The position numbers were made by a program, and so were the translations under genes. Positions 27,540 to 37,124 of a stretch of DNA of 64,000 nucleotides are shown in pieces. Position 1 is the stretch's first letter. The number at the start of each line of letters is the position of its first letter. The notes beneath the pieces are model-generated. The model was not told the origin of the DNA. It was given only the letters and a program-made list of their open reading frames with translations, and made no database searches. Origin of the DNA: Alphaproteobacteria bacterium (GTDB taxonomy: Bacteria; Pseudomonadota; Alphaproteobacteria; CALKHQ01); assembly GCA_041396705.1 (NCBI GenBank), contig JAWKYB010000003.1:28985-92984 (forward strand), written 5' to 3'.

Positions 27540-28352
27540 CTATTGCACGCGGGCGCGCAGCCGGTCGGTCAGGTACTCCATTGCCAGCACGACGACGAAG
27601 ATCGCCAGCATGATCGTCGCGGCGTTGGGGTATTGGAACAGATCGAAGGCGACCTTCAGCTCCTGGCCGATTCCGCCGGCGCCGACCAGCCCCAGCACCA
27701 CCGACGATCGCACCGCCTTCTCAAGCGCGAACAGCCCGGTGTTGATCATCGACGGCGCCGCATCGGGCAGGATGGCACCCGTCAGGATCGACAGGCGGTT
27801 GGCGCCGATCGCCGACAGCGCCAGCTGCGAATCCTTGTCGGCATCCTCCATCGCCTCGGCGAAGAACCGGCCGCAGAAGCCGATGGTGTCGACCACGATG
27901 GTCATCGTGCCCGCCGTCGGACCCAGCCCGACCGCGACCACGAACAGCAGCGCCCAGACCAGGTCCGGCACCGTGCGGAACAGCGAGACCAGTGCCTTGC
28001 CCAGATAGGCGAATGGACCGACCGGCGAGACGGCGCGCGCCGACAGCCAAGCGACGGGGACGCTGGCGGCGACGCCGATCGCCGTGCCGACCACGGCGAT
28101 CTGGAAGGTCTCGACCAGCCGGTCGAGGATGCGCAGCAGAAACCCCTCGTCCAGGTTGGGCGGCAGCATCCGGTCGAGCAGCCGCCCCAGGCTGGGCAGG
28201 CCGTCGGCCAGTCGCTGTGGCGACGGCGCGACATCGCCAAGCGACGCGATCACCACGGCGACCGCAGCCAGCAACAGGGTGAAGGCGACCGGCGACGGCG
28301 CGCGCAGCCGCGGCGGCGCGCCTGGCGTCCGGCCGCGCGGAACCTCAGCCAT
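27540..28352 (-). CDS. phnE: Phosphonate ABC transporter permease PhnE.
   Basis: PhnE-type TM protein. The ATG overlaps the phnC stop within ATGGCTGA. Confidence 0.8.
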   Translation of the reverse strand: MAEVPRGRTPGAPPRLRAPSPVAFTLLLAAVAVVIASLGDVAPSPQRLADGLPSLGRLLDRMLPPNLDEGFLLRILDRLVETFQIAVVGTAIGVAASVPVAWLSARAVSPVGPFAYLGKALVSLFRTVPDLVWALLFVVAVGLGPTAGTMTIVVDTIGFCGRFFAEAMEDADKDSQLALSAIGANRLSILTGAILPDAAPSMINTGLFALEKAVRSSVVLGLVGAGGIGQELKVAFDLFQYPNAATIMLAIFVVVLAMEYLTDRLRARVQ

Positions 28353-29145
28353 TGAAGGTGCCCGCGATCATGCGGTCGGTTACGGCCATGGTCGGGCTGT
28401 CGAAGTGCAGTCGGCCGCCCCGCAACGCCAGCACGCGGTCGGAAAAGGCGAGCGCGTGTTCGATGTCGTGGGTGGTGAACAGCAGCGTGATGCCGTGCGT
28501 CCGCGCCAGGGCCGCGAACAGGTCCATGACCTCGCGGCCGGCCGCCGGGTCGAGGCTCGCGGACGGCTCGTCGGCGATCAGCAGTCGCGGCTGGCGCACG
28601 ATCGCCCGAGCGATCGCCACGCGCTGCTGCTGTCCGCCGGACAGGGTGTCGGCCCGGTGACCCGCCCTGTCGGCAAGGCTGACCGCCTCCAGGGCCGCCA
28701 GCGCGTTGCGGCGCCACGCGTATGGCGCGGTCGTCTGGCAGAAGCCGCGCCAACTGCCCGGCGTGCCGAGCATGCCGTGCACGACGTTGGACAGCACCGA
28801 CCGCCGCCGGACCAGCCCGTGGTGCTGGAACACGAAGCCGGTCTGCCGGCGCAGGCGCGCACGCTGGGCGGATGTCGGCGTCGCGCCGAACCGTTCGCCC
28901 AGGGTCTCGACCGTGCCGCGGGAGATCGGCACCAGGCCGATCAGACATTTCAGCAGCGTCGACTTGCCGGACCCGTTCGGCCCGATCAGGGCGACACGTT
29001 CGCCTGCGCCGATGGTCAGGCAGACATCGCGCAGCACCGGCGCGACGCGCCCATAGGCCTTGTCGAGGTTTGCGGTGCTGACGATCGCGCGGTCCGTGGC
29101 GGTCGGGCCCGGTGCGGGCGGTTCCGCCGGCGTGGACAGGCGCAC
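28345..29145 (-). CDS. phnC: Phosphonate ABC transporter ATP-binding protein PhnC.
   Basis: Walker A GPNGSGKSTL, LSGGQQQRVAIARA and LLIADEPSASLDP are present. The start is a GTG at 29145 or 29157. Confidence 0.8.
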   Translation of the reverse strand: MRLSTPAEPPAPGPTATDRAIVSTANLDKAYGRVAPVLRDVCLTIGAGERVALIGPNGSGKSTLLKCLIGLVPISRGTVETLGERFGATPTSAQRARLRRQTGFVFQHHGLVRRRSVLSNVVHGMLGTPGSWRGFCQTTAPYAWRRNALAALEAVSLADRAGHRADTLSGGQQQRVAIARAIVRQPRLLIADEPSASLDPAAGREVMDLFAALARTHGITLLFTTHDIEHALAFSDRVLALRGGRLHFDSPTMAVTDRMIAGTFNG

Positions 29146-29171
29146 CTGCCTGCCCACGCCCGGGGGCGCGT

Positions 29172-30029
29172 TCAGTTGCCGACGAACGCGTCGAAGGTGT
29201 CGACGCCGATGGTGCGATACATCGCGCGGACATATTCGTAGTCGGCGTCGTCGATCGCGGTCAGGAAGAAGCCGCCCCGGTACTTGCCGTTGTCCTCGCC
29301 GGTCAGCACCGCCTGCATCAGGTCGGCGCCTTCGTTGACGAAGGCGTCGCGCACCGTGGCGACGATCGCCGCGTCCAGATCCGCCCGCGCGACCAGGATG
29401 TCGTTGGGCAGGTCGCGGCCGCGGGCGACCACGGTGAACGCCTGGTCGGGGAAGGCCTCGCGGATCGCGGCCAGGTGGGTGAAGTTCATGCCCACAGCGG
29501 CGACGTCGCCACGGATCATCGCCTCGACCGCGACGTTGCGGGCGATGATCTGGGCCTCGTAGTCGACGCCGTACATCAGGCCCAGGTCCGCCAGCGCCTG
29601 CGCCGGCCCGAGATGCTGCGAGGTGGAGCCGACGGAGCCGAAGGTGACGATCTGGCCGCGCAAGTCGGCGACATCCTTGATCGGGCCATCGGCCATCACC
29701 ACCACCTGGGCGAAATAGTCGGGCCGCTGCCAGCCGGCCACGATCTGCGCGTCGGTCAGCTGGCGGATGACGACATATTCGGCCGGGCCGGTCAGCACCA
29801 GATCGGCCTGGCCCGCGACCATCGCCTCGACCGCTGCCGTGCGCGAGTTGACGGGGTAGAGCTCGATGTCGAGGCCGGTCGCCTTTTCCAGGGCCAGTTC
29901 GAACGCGCCGAACTCCTGCTGCAGGACCTCCAGCCCCTCGATGTCGGTCACGGCGAAACTGACCGGCTCGGCCAGGGCCGGGGCGGCGAGCGCCGCCGTT
30001 GCGGCGGCGGCGAGAATGGCGCGGAACAT
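29172..30029 (-). CDS. phnD: Phosphonate ABC transporter substrate-binding protein PhnD.
   Basis: Signal MFRAILAAAATAALAAPALA and the PhnD-family fold. The RBS is GAGGGGAAG. Confidence 0.8.
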   Translation of the reverse strand: MFRAILAAAATAALAAPALAEPVSFAVTDIEGLEVLQQEFGAFELALEKATGLDIELYPVNSRTAAVEAMVAGQADLVLTGPAEYVVIRQLTDAQIVAGWQRPDYFAQVVVMADGPIKDVADLRGQIVTFGSVGSTSQHLGPAQALADLGLMYGVDYEAQIIARNVAVEAMIRGDVAAVGMNFTHLAAIREAFPDQAFTVVARGRDLPNDILVARADLDAAIVATVRDAFVNEGADLMQAVLTGEDNGKYRGGFFLTAIDDADYEYVRAMYRTIGVDTFDAFVGN

Positions 30030-30053
30030 GATGCTTCCCCTCTTCTGCGGCTT

Positions 30054-30061
30054 GTGTATAC
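30054..30061. promoter_or_regulatory. GTGTATAC, which matches the GntR/HutC-subfamily operator core GT-N-TA-N-AC, in the phnD / phnM divergent region.
   Basis: The site is palindromic. It lies 24 nt upstream of the phnD start codon and 85 nt upstream of phnM. Confidence 0.35.
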
Positions 30062-30146
30062 AGGAACCGTTGCGACCGCCCCTGCATAGCGGGATTCGGT
30101 GACAGCGGCGTGACGTTCCCCCAGGGACGGACGGCAGGAGCGGAAG

Positions 30147-31271
30147 GTGAACTGGATCCTCTCGGGAGGCCGGGTCCTGCGCGGAGACGCGCTGGAGCGC
30201 AGCGACCTCCATCTTTGCGACGGGCTGGTGGCCGAGCGGCCGGCCGCGGATGCGCGCCGGTTCGATGCCGGCGGCATGCTGGTCCTGCCTGGCATCGTCG
30301 ACATCCATGGCGACGGTTTCGAGCGCCAGATCATGCCGCGGCCCAAGGTCAGCTTCGACCTGGAGCTGGCGCTGGCCGAGACCGACCGGCAGCTGGTCGC
30401 CAACGGGATCACCACCGCCTTTCATGGCCTGACCGTGTCATGGGAGCCCGGCCTGCGGTGCCTGGACAACGCCCGGACCTTCGTGCCGACGCTGGAGCGG
30501 ATGCGGCCGGGGCTTGCCTGCGACACTCGCCTGCACCTGCGCTGGGAAACCTTCGCCCTCGATGCGATGGCCGATGTCGAAGGCTGGCTCGACCGCGAAC
30601 CGGCCCCGATCCTGGCCTTCAACGACCACACAACCAGCAGCGCGCAGAATGGCCGCCTGGCCAGCAAGCTCGGGCATTGGGCCGCGCGCGCCGGCGTCGG
30701 CGAGGCGGAGTATGTGGCGCTGGTCGACCGGGTCTGGAGCCGGCGCGACGAGGTACCGGCCGCCATCGAGCGGCTGGCAGGCGTGGCGCGCGATCATGGC
30801 GCGATCCTGCTGGCCCACGACGAGGCGACTCCCGACGACAGGCAGCGCTTCCGCGCGCTCGGCGCCCATGCCTCGGAGTTCCCGGTGACGGTCGAGACCG
30901 CGCGGGCGGCGCGAGCGGCCGGCGAGGACGTCATTCTCGGCGCGCCCAACGTGGTGCGCGGCGGCAGCCATACCGGTGCCTTGGATGCGACCGCGGCGGT
31001 GGCCGACGACCTGTGCTCGGTGCTCGCCTCCGACTACTACTATCCGACGCTGGCCGCCGCGGCGTTCAAGCTGGCCGCCGCCGGGCAGCTGCCGTTCCAC
31101 GCCGCCTGGGCGCTGGTCTCGGCCAACCCGGCGCGGGCGGCGGGCCTGCCAGATCGCGGCGCGCTGTCGGCGGGCATGCGCGGCGATGTCATCGTGGTCG
31201 ACGACGGCGGGGCGCAGCCGCGCGTGGTCGCCAGCTTCGTCGCCGGCCGCAAGGTCTATGAGGCCGGCTAG
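30147..31271 (+). CDS. phnM: PhnM, the C-P lyase pathway amidohydrolase (alpha-D-ribose 1-methylphosphonate 5-triphosphate diphosphatase).
   Basis: LPGIVDIHGDGFERQIMPRPKV and ILGAPNVVRGGSHTG...LASDYYYPTLAAAAFKLA align closely with E. coli PhnM. RBS: AGGAG, 6 nt, GTG. Confidence 0.85.
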   Translation: MNWILSGGRVLRGDALERSDLHLCDGLVAERPAADARRFDAGGMLVLPGIVDIHGDGFERQIMPRPKVSFDLELALAETDRQLVANGITTAFHGLTVSWEPGLRCLDNARTFVPTLERMRPGLACDTRLHLRWETFALDAMADVEGWLDREPAPILAFNDHTTSSAQNGRLASKLGHWAARAGVGEAEYVALVDRVWSRRDEVPAAIERLAGVARDHGAILLAHDEATPDDRQRFRALGAHASEFPVTVETARAARAAGEDVILGAPNVVRGGSHTGALDATAAVADDLCSVLASDYYYPTLAAAAFKLAAAGQLPFHAAWALVSANPARAAGLPDRGALSAGMRGDVIVVDDGGAQPRVVASFVAGRKVYEAG

Positions 31272-31272
31272 C

Positions 31273-32049
31273 GTGGATGGACCGGATCTGCTGGCGCGGC
31301 TGGCGCTCGCGGGCGGCCCCGCCTTCCGCCCGCGCGGCGAGCGGGCACTGTGGCTGCAGATCTACGACCTGTTGCGCCGGGAACTGACCAGCGGCCGGCT
31401 GCGCCCAGGATGCCAGCTGCCGGGCGAGAACCAGCTTGCCGAGGCCTTCGGCGTCACCCGGGTGACGCTGCGCCGGGCATTGCGGCGCTTGCAGCAGGAG
31501 GGCGTGCTGGTCGCGCGCAAGGGTGTCGGCGTGTTCCTGCGCAAGCCGCCGAGCGTCTATGTGGTCGCCAGCGACCGCCGTTTCGGCGACGCCCTGGTCG
31601 GCGATCACGGCACCGTCGACACGCGGACACTCGGCCTGCGCCGCCGCAAGGCCGGCCGCACGGCCGGCGAACGGCTGTGCCTGCCGGTGGGGGCGCCGAC
31701 CATCGCGCTTCGCCGGCTGCGCCTGCTCGACGGCCAGCCGGTCTACCTGACCGAGAAGCTGTTCCCGGCGGAGCGTTTCCCCGAGTTCGAGGCGTGCTAT
31801 CGCGAGCGCCAGTCGGTCGCCGCTGTTTATGCAGGCCACGGCATCGCCCGCTTCAGCCGGGTGGAGACACGGGTCAGCGGCGGCTTCGCCACGGCGGCCG
31901 AGGCCGAGGCGCTGGGCCTGACGCCGGCGACACCGGTGCTGCGGACCAGCGCGCTGAATGTCGACGAGGCCGGCATCCCCATCGAGTTCAGCAGCGGCTG
32001 CTGGCCGCTGACCATGGTCGAGCTGGTGTTCCGGCAGGGCACCGGCTGA
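31273..32049 (+). CDS. GntR/HutC-family regulator with a UTRA effector domain (PhnF-like).
   Basis: The N-terminal wHTH reads LAEAFGVTRVTLRRALRRLQQEGVLVARKGVGVFL. A C-terminal UTRA domain follows. The GTG start is 1 nt after the phnM stop. Confidence 0.75.
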   Translation: MDGPDLLARLALAGGPAFRPRGERALWLQIYDLLRRELTSGRLRPGCQLPGENQLAEAFGVTRVTLRRALRRLQQEGVLVARKGVGVFLRKPPSVYVVASDRRFGDALVGDHGTVDTRTLGLRRRKAGRTAGERLCLPVGAPTIALRRLRLLDGQPVYLTEKLFPAERFPEFEACYRERQSVAAVYAGHGIARFSRVETRVSGGFATAAEAEALGLTPATPVLRTSALNVDEAGIPIEFSSGCWPLTMVELVFRQGTG

Positions 32050-32128
32050 GCGCCGCGGCGGTGCCGCATTGACGCCGGGCCCGCCCTCCGCTTGCATCGC
32101 AGGGTGAATCGCACGGGGAGGGCGGATC

Positions 32129-33343
32129 ATGGGCGAATGGAGCGACCCGTTCGGGCGCTGGGGACTGCGGCGGGTGATCAACGCGTCGGGCACGATGACC
32201 GTGCTGGGCGCGTCGCGCGTGGCGCCGGAAGTGATCGAGAGCGTCGCCGGCATGCTGCCGCGCTTCGTGATCATGGACGAGCTGCAGGCGCGCGCCTCGC
32301 GCGTGATTGCGGAGGCGACCGGGGCCGAGGCGGGCTGCGTCGTCCATTGCACCGCCGCGGGAATCACCCTCGGCGTCGCCGCCGCCATCGCGGGCGACGA
32401 CCTGGCCGCCATCGAGGCGCTGCCGGACTGCGGCGGGCGCGAGCGCCGGGTCGCCGTCCAGATGGGCCACATGATCACCTACGGCGCCACCGTGCAGCAG
32501 GCGATCGCGCTGGCCGGAGCCGAGGTCGTGCCGGTGGGCAGCGCCGCCCTGTGCGAGGTCTATCACCTGCGCCGGGCGCTGGATGCCGGCTGCGCCGCCG
32601 CAGTGTACGTGATTTCCCACCACACCGTGCGCGAAGGCGAGCTGCCGCTCGACCTGTTCATCGAGACCTGCGCCGACTACGGCGTGCCGGTGATCGTCGA
32701 CATGGCGGCCGAATACGACATGCACCGCGCGGCGGCATTGGGCGCCGGCGTGGTCATCCACAGCGGCCACAAGTTCCTCGCCGGGCTGACCAGCGGCGTC
32801 GTCGCCGGCAAGCGCGACCTGGTGCGTGCGCTCTATCTGCAGCACCGCGGCATCGGCCGCACGATGAAGGTGCCGAAGGAGGCGATCGTCAGCGTGATGA
32901 CGGCACTGGAACTGTGGTCGAAGCGCGATGCCGCCAAGGCGCGCGCGGCCGAGGAGACGGTGCTGGCGCTGTGGGAAGGTTATCTTGCCGGCCTGGCCGG
33001 CATCGCCATTTCCCGTCACGACGACTGGACCGGCAACCCGGTGACGCGGCTGCGCCTGCACGTCGACGGGCCGGCGGCCGGGCTGCATGCTTGGGAGCTG
33101 GCCGGAAGGCTGGCGGCACGCGACCCCGCCATCGTGGTCCGCGACGACCTGGCCGAGCACGGCCTGCTGTTCCTCGATCCGTGCAACCTGGACCAGGGCG
33201 AGCCGGCAATGGTCGGCGACGCGATCCTGGAGGAAGTGCGCAAGGCGCGCGAGGCGGGCGACGGCTGTCGGATGAGCTGGAGCGACGTCAAGCGCCGCCG
33301 CGCGGTGGCGCCGCTCGACTGGCCCTATGACGGCGGCGGCTGA
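32129..33343 (+). CDS. SelA-like / DgaE-family PLP-dependent enzyme (fold type I).
   Basis: HSGHKFLAGLTSGVVAGKRDLV is the SelA-like PLP-Lys region. RBS: GGAGGG, 6 nt, ATG. Confidence 0.65.
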   Translation: MGEWSDPFGRWGLRRVINASGTMTVLGASRVAPEVIESVAGMLPRFVIMDELQARASRVIAEATGAEAGCVVHCTAAGITLGVAAAIAGDDLAAIEALPDCGGRERRVAVQMGHMITYGATVQQAIALAGAEVVPVGSAALCEVYHLRRALDAGCAAAVYVISHHTVREGELPLDLFIETCADYGVPVIVDMAAEYDMHRAAALGAGVVIHSGHKFLAGLTSGVVAGKRDLVRALYLQHRGIGRTMKVPKEAIVSVMTALELWSKRDAAKARAAEETVLALWEGYLAGLAGIAISRHDDWTGNPVTRLRLHVDGPAAGLHAWELAGRLAARDPAIVVRDDLAEHGLLFLDPCNLDQGEPAMVGDAILEEVRKAREAGDGCRMSWSDVKRRRAVAPLDWPYDGGG

Positions 33344-33349
33344 GGCGTC

Positions 33350-34456
33350 CTAGGCTGCGGTCGTGGGGAAGCCGGCCGGCCTCGCCCCCACGAGCCGTTG
33401 CAGGTCGGCGGAGCATCCGGTGAACGCATGGCCGCTGTGCGGCGGCACGACGAAGCTGTCGCCGGTCGCCAGCGCCTGCGGCGGCGCGCCGTCGACCGCC
33501 AGCGTCATGGCGCCCTGCAGCACGAAATGGAACAGGAATTCGGCGTCGTGGCGCACGCGTACGCTGTCTCCGGCGCCGGTCCGGCGCGCGACGCGGGCAC
33601 CGGCGACGCCGCCGGTGGCGGTTCCGATGCCTGTGTCGCGTGCCGCGAACCCGTCCAGCCGCCATGGATGCCAGGCCGCCTCGGCGGCGACGTGGCGGAC
33701 GAAGCGCTGGCCGCCGAAGTCGCGGTCGGGCAGGACGGCGCCGGTCGGCAGCGTCAGGTCGTGGTCGACGCAGGTCATGTGCTCGGCCGGGCAGCCAACC
33801 TCGATCACTTCCAGCCCGTCGCCGCTTTCCAGCACGCGGTGGCGGATCTGCGGCGGCTGCAGCACGCAGTCGCCGGCCCGCAGCACGAACGGCTCGCCCT
33901 GGTCCTCATAAGCCACCCTGACCCAGCCCCGGTAGCAGTAGATCATCTGGAAACGGATCTTGTGGAAGTGGACGTAGTCCGGCACCGGGCCGGGCTCGAC
34001 GATGCGGATGTGCGAGGCGATGGCGAAGCCGCCCTGGCGGTCGGGCACCAGGTCACGGTAGCGCATGCCGGCGCGGCCGACGCCCCAGCCGGCCTCGTCC
34101 TGCATCCGGGTGACGACCAGCGCCGGCGCCACCGGCGGTACCGCCAGCGGCGGCTCCAGCGGCGCCAGCTCGATGCGCGTGCCGTTGGGCGCGGTCAGGG
34201 TGCGCGTACCGCCGGCGACCGCGTCCGGGTCGGGGCACAGCAGCCGCAGCGCGCCGGGGTCGCCGGTCGCGTCGCGCTGCAGGCGCAGGTGCACGCCATA
34301 GCCGGAGATGTCGGCGATGGCCGGCCGGTCGGCCGGGAAGATCGCGTCGATGCGGAAGCCCAGCGTGTCGGTGAAGAAGGGCAGCGTCGCCTTGAGGTCC
34401 GGGCAGGGCAGCACAACCTCCGCCGCCCGCACCTGCTGCCGGTCGATATGGTTCAT
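33350..34456 (-). CDS. VOC (glyoxalase-like) N-terminal domain plus bicupin protein.
   Basis: Two cupin motifs are present: HFHKIRFQMIYCYRGWVRV...GDCVLQPPQIRH and FLFHFVLQGAMTLAVDG...GDSFVVPPHSGH. Confidence 0.6.
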   Translation of the reverse strand: MNHIDRQQVRAAEVVLPCPDLKATLPFFTDTLGFRIDAIFPADRPAIADISGYGVHLRLQRDATGDPGALRLLCPDPDAVAGGTRTLTAPNGTRIELAPLEPPLAVPPVAPALVVTRMQDEAGWGVGRAGMRYRDLVPDRQGGFAIASHIRIVEPGPVPDYVHFHKIRFQMIYCYRGWVRVAYEDQGEPFVLRAGDCVLQPPQIRHRVLESGDGLEVIEVGCPAEHMTCVDHDLTLPTGAVLPDRDFGGQRFVRHVAAEAAWHPWRLDGFAARDTGIGTATGGVAGARVARRTGAGDSVRVRHDAEFLFHFVLQGAMTLAVDGAPPQALATGDSFVVPPHSGHAFTGCSADLQRLVGARPAGFPTTAA

Positions 34457-34671
34457 CGGCTCGCCCCGTCGCTCCGCGCAGCCGCCTGCCGCGCACGCGC
34501 CGACAGTAGCCCAGGCCGCCGCGGCCGTCATGCGGACCGGGTGGCTCGCGGCACCATATGCGGCTTCCGGGCACGAAGAGTTGAAGCCGCGTCGCGCGCC
34601 GATCGCTCGGCGCTGGCCGCGATTTGGCTATGCTGCGCGCTGGATGCTGCTTTTTGCAGAGGAGGGCGGTC

Positions 34672-35466
34672 ATGCGCTGGCGTTCGTTCCTCGGTCTGGG
34701 CCGTCTCGTGGTCGGGCTGGTATCGGCGGTCGTCCTCGGCGGCGGAGCCGCGGCCAAGTGCCTGCCGATCGCGGCAGCGCCGGGCGCCGCCCAGGTCGTC
34801 CCGGTCTCCGCGCCGGCCGACGGCGAAATCCGGCTCAGCTTCCTCGGCCATTCCAGCTTCCTGATCGAGACGGCCGGCGGCGCCAGCGCGGTCACCGACT
34901 ATTTCGGGCTGCCGCTGCCCTTTCCGCCCGATGTGGCGACGATGAACAACGCCCATTCGTCGCACTACACCGACTTCCCGGACCCGAAGATCGGGCAGGT
35001 ACTGCGCGGCTGGGCGACCGAGGCCGGGATTGCGTCCTACGACGTCACGGTGAAGGACCTGCGGGTCTGGAACGTGCCGACCAACGTGCGCGACTATGGC
35101 GGCACCCGTTTCAACGGCAATTCGATCTTCGTGTTCGAGGCCGACGGGATGTGCATCGCCCATCTCGGCCACCTGCACCACACGCTGACCGACCAGCATC
35201 TGGCCGACCTGGGTCAGATCGACGTGCTGCTGGTGCCGGCCGATGGCAGCTATACCATTTCGCACAGCCTGCTCGTCGAGGTGATCGAGCAGATCGGCCC
35301 GTCGATGATCGTGCCGATGCACTATTTCGGTGCGCTGACGCTGTCCGGCCTGCTCGGCCGATTGGAGGACGACGGCTACGCAATCGACCTGCGCAGCGAG
35401 AGCGCGATCACGGTCTCGCGCCTGACCATGCCGCACCGCACGGTGGTGGTGCTCGGCGACGGGTGA
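34672..35466 (+). CDS. Secreted MBL-fold metallo-hydrolase.
   Basis: RBS is GGAGGG, followed by a signal peptide. HLGHSSFLI...HSSHYTD...HLGH are metal-binding His clusters. Confidence 0.65.
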   Translation: MRWRSFLGLGRLVVGLVSAVVLGGGAAAKCLPIAAAPGAAQVVPVSAPADGEIRLSFLGHSSFLIETAGGASAVTDYFGLPLPFPPDVATMNNAHSSHYTDFPDPKIGQVLRGWATEAGIASYDVTVKDLRVWNVPTNVRDYGGTRFNGNSIFVFEADGMCIAHLGHLHHTLTDQHLADLGQIDVLLVPADGSYTISHSLLVEVIEQIGPSMIVPMHYFGALTLSGLLGRLEDDGYAIDLRSESAITVSRLTMPHRTVVVLGDG

Positions 35467-35495
35467 CGTGCCGGCCGAGCCGAGCGGCCGGCGCA

Positions 35496-36722
35496 TCAGC
35501 CCTTCAGCAGCGCCTTCAGCTTGAATCCCGGGTCGCCCAGGGCGGCCGGGTCGGGCACCGCGCGGCGTTCGATCAGCATCTCTGCCAGCCTGATCTCGCG
35601 GCCGACCTTGCCGATCGCGCCGAGCGCGCTGGCGGCGACCAGCCGGCCGCCGGCCGCCAGGTGGAACAGCATGACGGCGCCGTCGCCGAGGTCGCGCGCG
35701 ACCGTCTCGGTGCCCGCGTCGACCAGGCCGGCGATCTGCAGGCACAGCTCGTACTGGTCGGACCAGAACCACGGCACCGCCGAGACCGGCTCTGCCGCGC
35801 CCAGCATGTTGCGGGCGGCCAGCGCTCCCTGGTCGTGGCTGTTGCGCCAGGCCTCCAGCCGGATGCGCCGGCCGTCGTACAACGGATGCGGGAACGAGCA
35901 GCAGTCGCCGGCGGCCAGGATGTGCGGATCCGCGGTCGCCAGCGTCGCGTCGACCCGGATGCCGTTCTCGACGGCCAGGCCCGCCGCCTCGGCCAGGTCG
36001 GTCCGCGGCACGGCGCCGACGCCGGCGATCGCCGCGTCGCATGGCACGACCGCGCCGTCGCCGAGCATCACGGCGTCGCTGCCGACCTCGGCGATCGTCA
36101 CGCCGGCGCGCAGGTCCACGCCCGCCGCACGGTGGCGTGCAGCCAGCATGTCGGCCAGCGTCTGCGGCACGCCGCGGGTCAGGATGCGCGGCGCGGCCTC
36201 CAGCAGCACCACCGCGGCGCCGCGGATGGCGGCGCTGGCCGCCAGCTCCAGCCCGATGAATCCCCCGCCGATCACCGCCACACGGGCGCCGGGCCGCAGC
36301 GCGGCGCGGATGGCACGCGAATCCTCGTGCCGGCGCAGATAGAGCACGCGGTCGGCGCCGGCACCGTGCAGCGGCAGGCGCCGGGCCTCGGCGCCGGTGG
36401 CCAGCAGCAGGCGGCGATAGCCGACGCCGGTGCCGTCGTCGAGCGCCACCCGCGCGGCGCCGCGGTCGATGGCGACGGCGCGGCGGCCGGCAAGGTGGAC
36501 GATGCCATGCTCGGCGCATTGCGCCTCGCTCAGCGCCAGCTTCGGTCCGGGATGCCCGTCGGCGGTGATCGCGTCCTTCGACAGCGGCGGCCGTTCGTAG
36601 GGAAGGTGCGCCTCTTCGCCGATCAGCGTGACCGGTCCGCGCCAGCCGGCTTCGCGTAGTGTCACGGCTGCGCGCGCGCCGGTCTCGCCGGCGCCGACGA
36701 TCACCATGCCGTCGTCGCTCAT
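35496..36722 (-). CDS. FAD/NAD(P)H ferredoxin reductase (oxygenase-coupled, putidaredoxin/rubredoxin-reductase type).
   Basis: MVIVGAGETGARAA binds FAD and VAVIGGGFIGLELAASA binds NAD. The C-terminal dimerisation domain is present. Confidence 0.85.
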   Translation of the reverse strand: MSDDGMVIVGAGETGARAAVTLREAGWRGPVTLIGEEAHLPYERPPLSKDAITADGHPGPKLALSEAQCAEHGIVHLAGRRAVAIDRGAARVALDDGTGVGYRRLLLATGAEARRLPLHGAGADRVLYLRRHEDSRAIRAALRPGARVAVIGGGFIGLELAASAAIRGAAVVLLEAAPRILTRGVPQTLADMLAARHRAAGVDLRAGVTIAEVGSDAVMLGDGAVVPCDAAIAGVGAVPRTDLAEAAGLAVENGIRVDATLATADPHILAAGDCCSFPHPLYDGRRIRLEAWRNSHDQGALAARNMLGAAEPVSAVPWFWSDQYELCLQIAGLVDAGTETVARDLGDGAVMLFHLAAGGRLVAASALGAIGKVGREIRLAEMLIERRAVPDPAALGDPGFKLKALLKG

Positions 36723-36735
36723 CGCGCCGCGCCGC

Positions 36736-37044
36736 CTAGATGTCGATATAGACGGTGCCGTCCTCGACCTTGGTCGGATAGGTCTTCAGGTCGATGCAGA
36801 CGGGCGCGCCCTTGGCCTGGCCGGTCATGTAGTTGAAGCGGCCGTTGTGCTTCGGACATTCGATGATCTCGTCCATGACCAGACCGTCGGCCAGATGCAC
36901 CTTCTCGTGCGTGCACAGGCCATCGGTGGCGAAATAGCGGTCATCCGGCGACCGGTAGACCGCGAAGGTGCGGCCGCCATGGTCGAAACGGATCACGTCT
37001 TCCTCGTCGATCTCGTCTGCGGCGCAGACCTCGACCCAGCTCAT
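36736..37044 (-). CDS. Rieske [2Fe-2S] ferredoxin, 102 aa.
   Basis: CTHEKVHL...CPKHNGRF is the Rieske CxH...CxxH motif. RBS: GGAGA, 6 nt, ATG. Confidence 0.85.
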   Translation of the reverse strand: MSWVEVCAADEIDEEDVIRFDHGGRTFAVYRSPDDRYFATDGLCTHEKVHLADGLVMDEIIECPKHNGRFNYMTGQAKGAPVCIDLKTYPTKVEDGTVYIDI

Positions 37045-37124
37045 CGGCATTCTCCAGGGCGATTGCAGGCAAACGACCGCGCGGCGGATGCGCCGCGCGG
37101 CCGCGGTCAGGGTATTCCTTTTGC

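Noticed and set aside
34308-36659. 783 aa plus ORF and 663 aa minus ORF over the reductase and MBL region
   Set aside because: Low-complexity shadow ORFs. The ferredoxin reductase and MBL hydrolase explain the coding signal.
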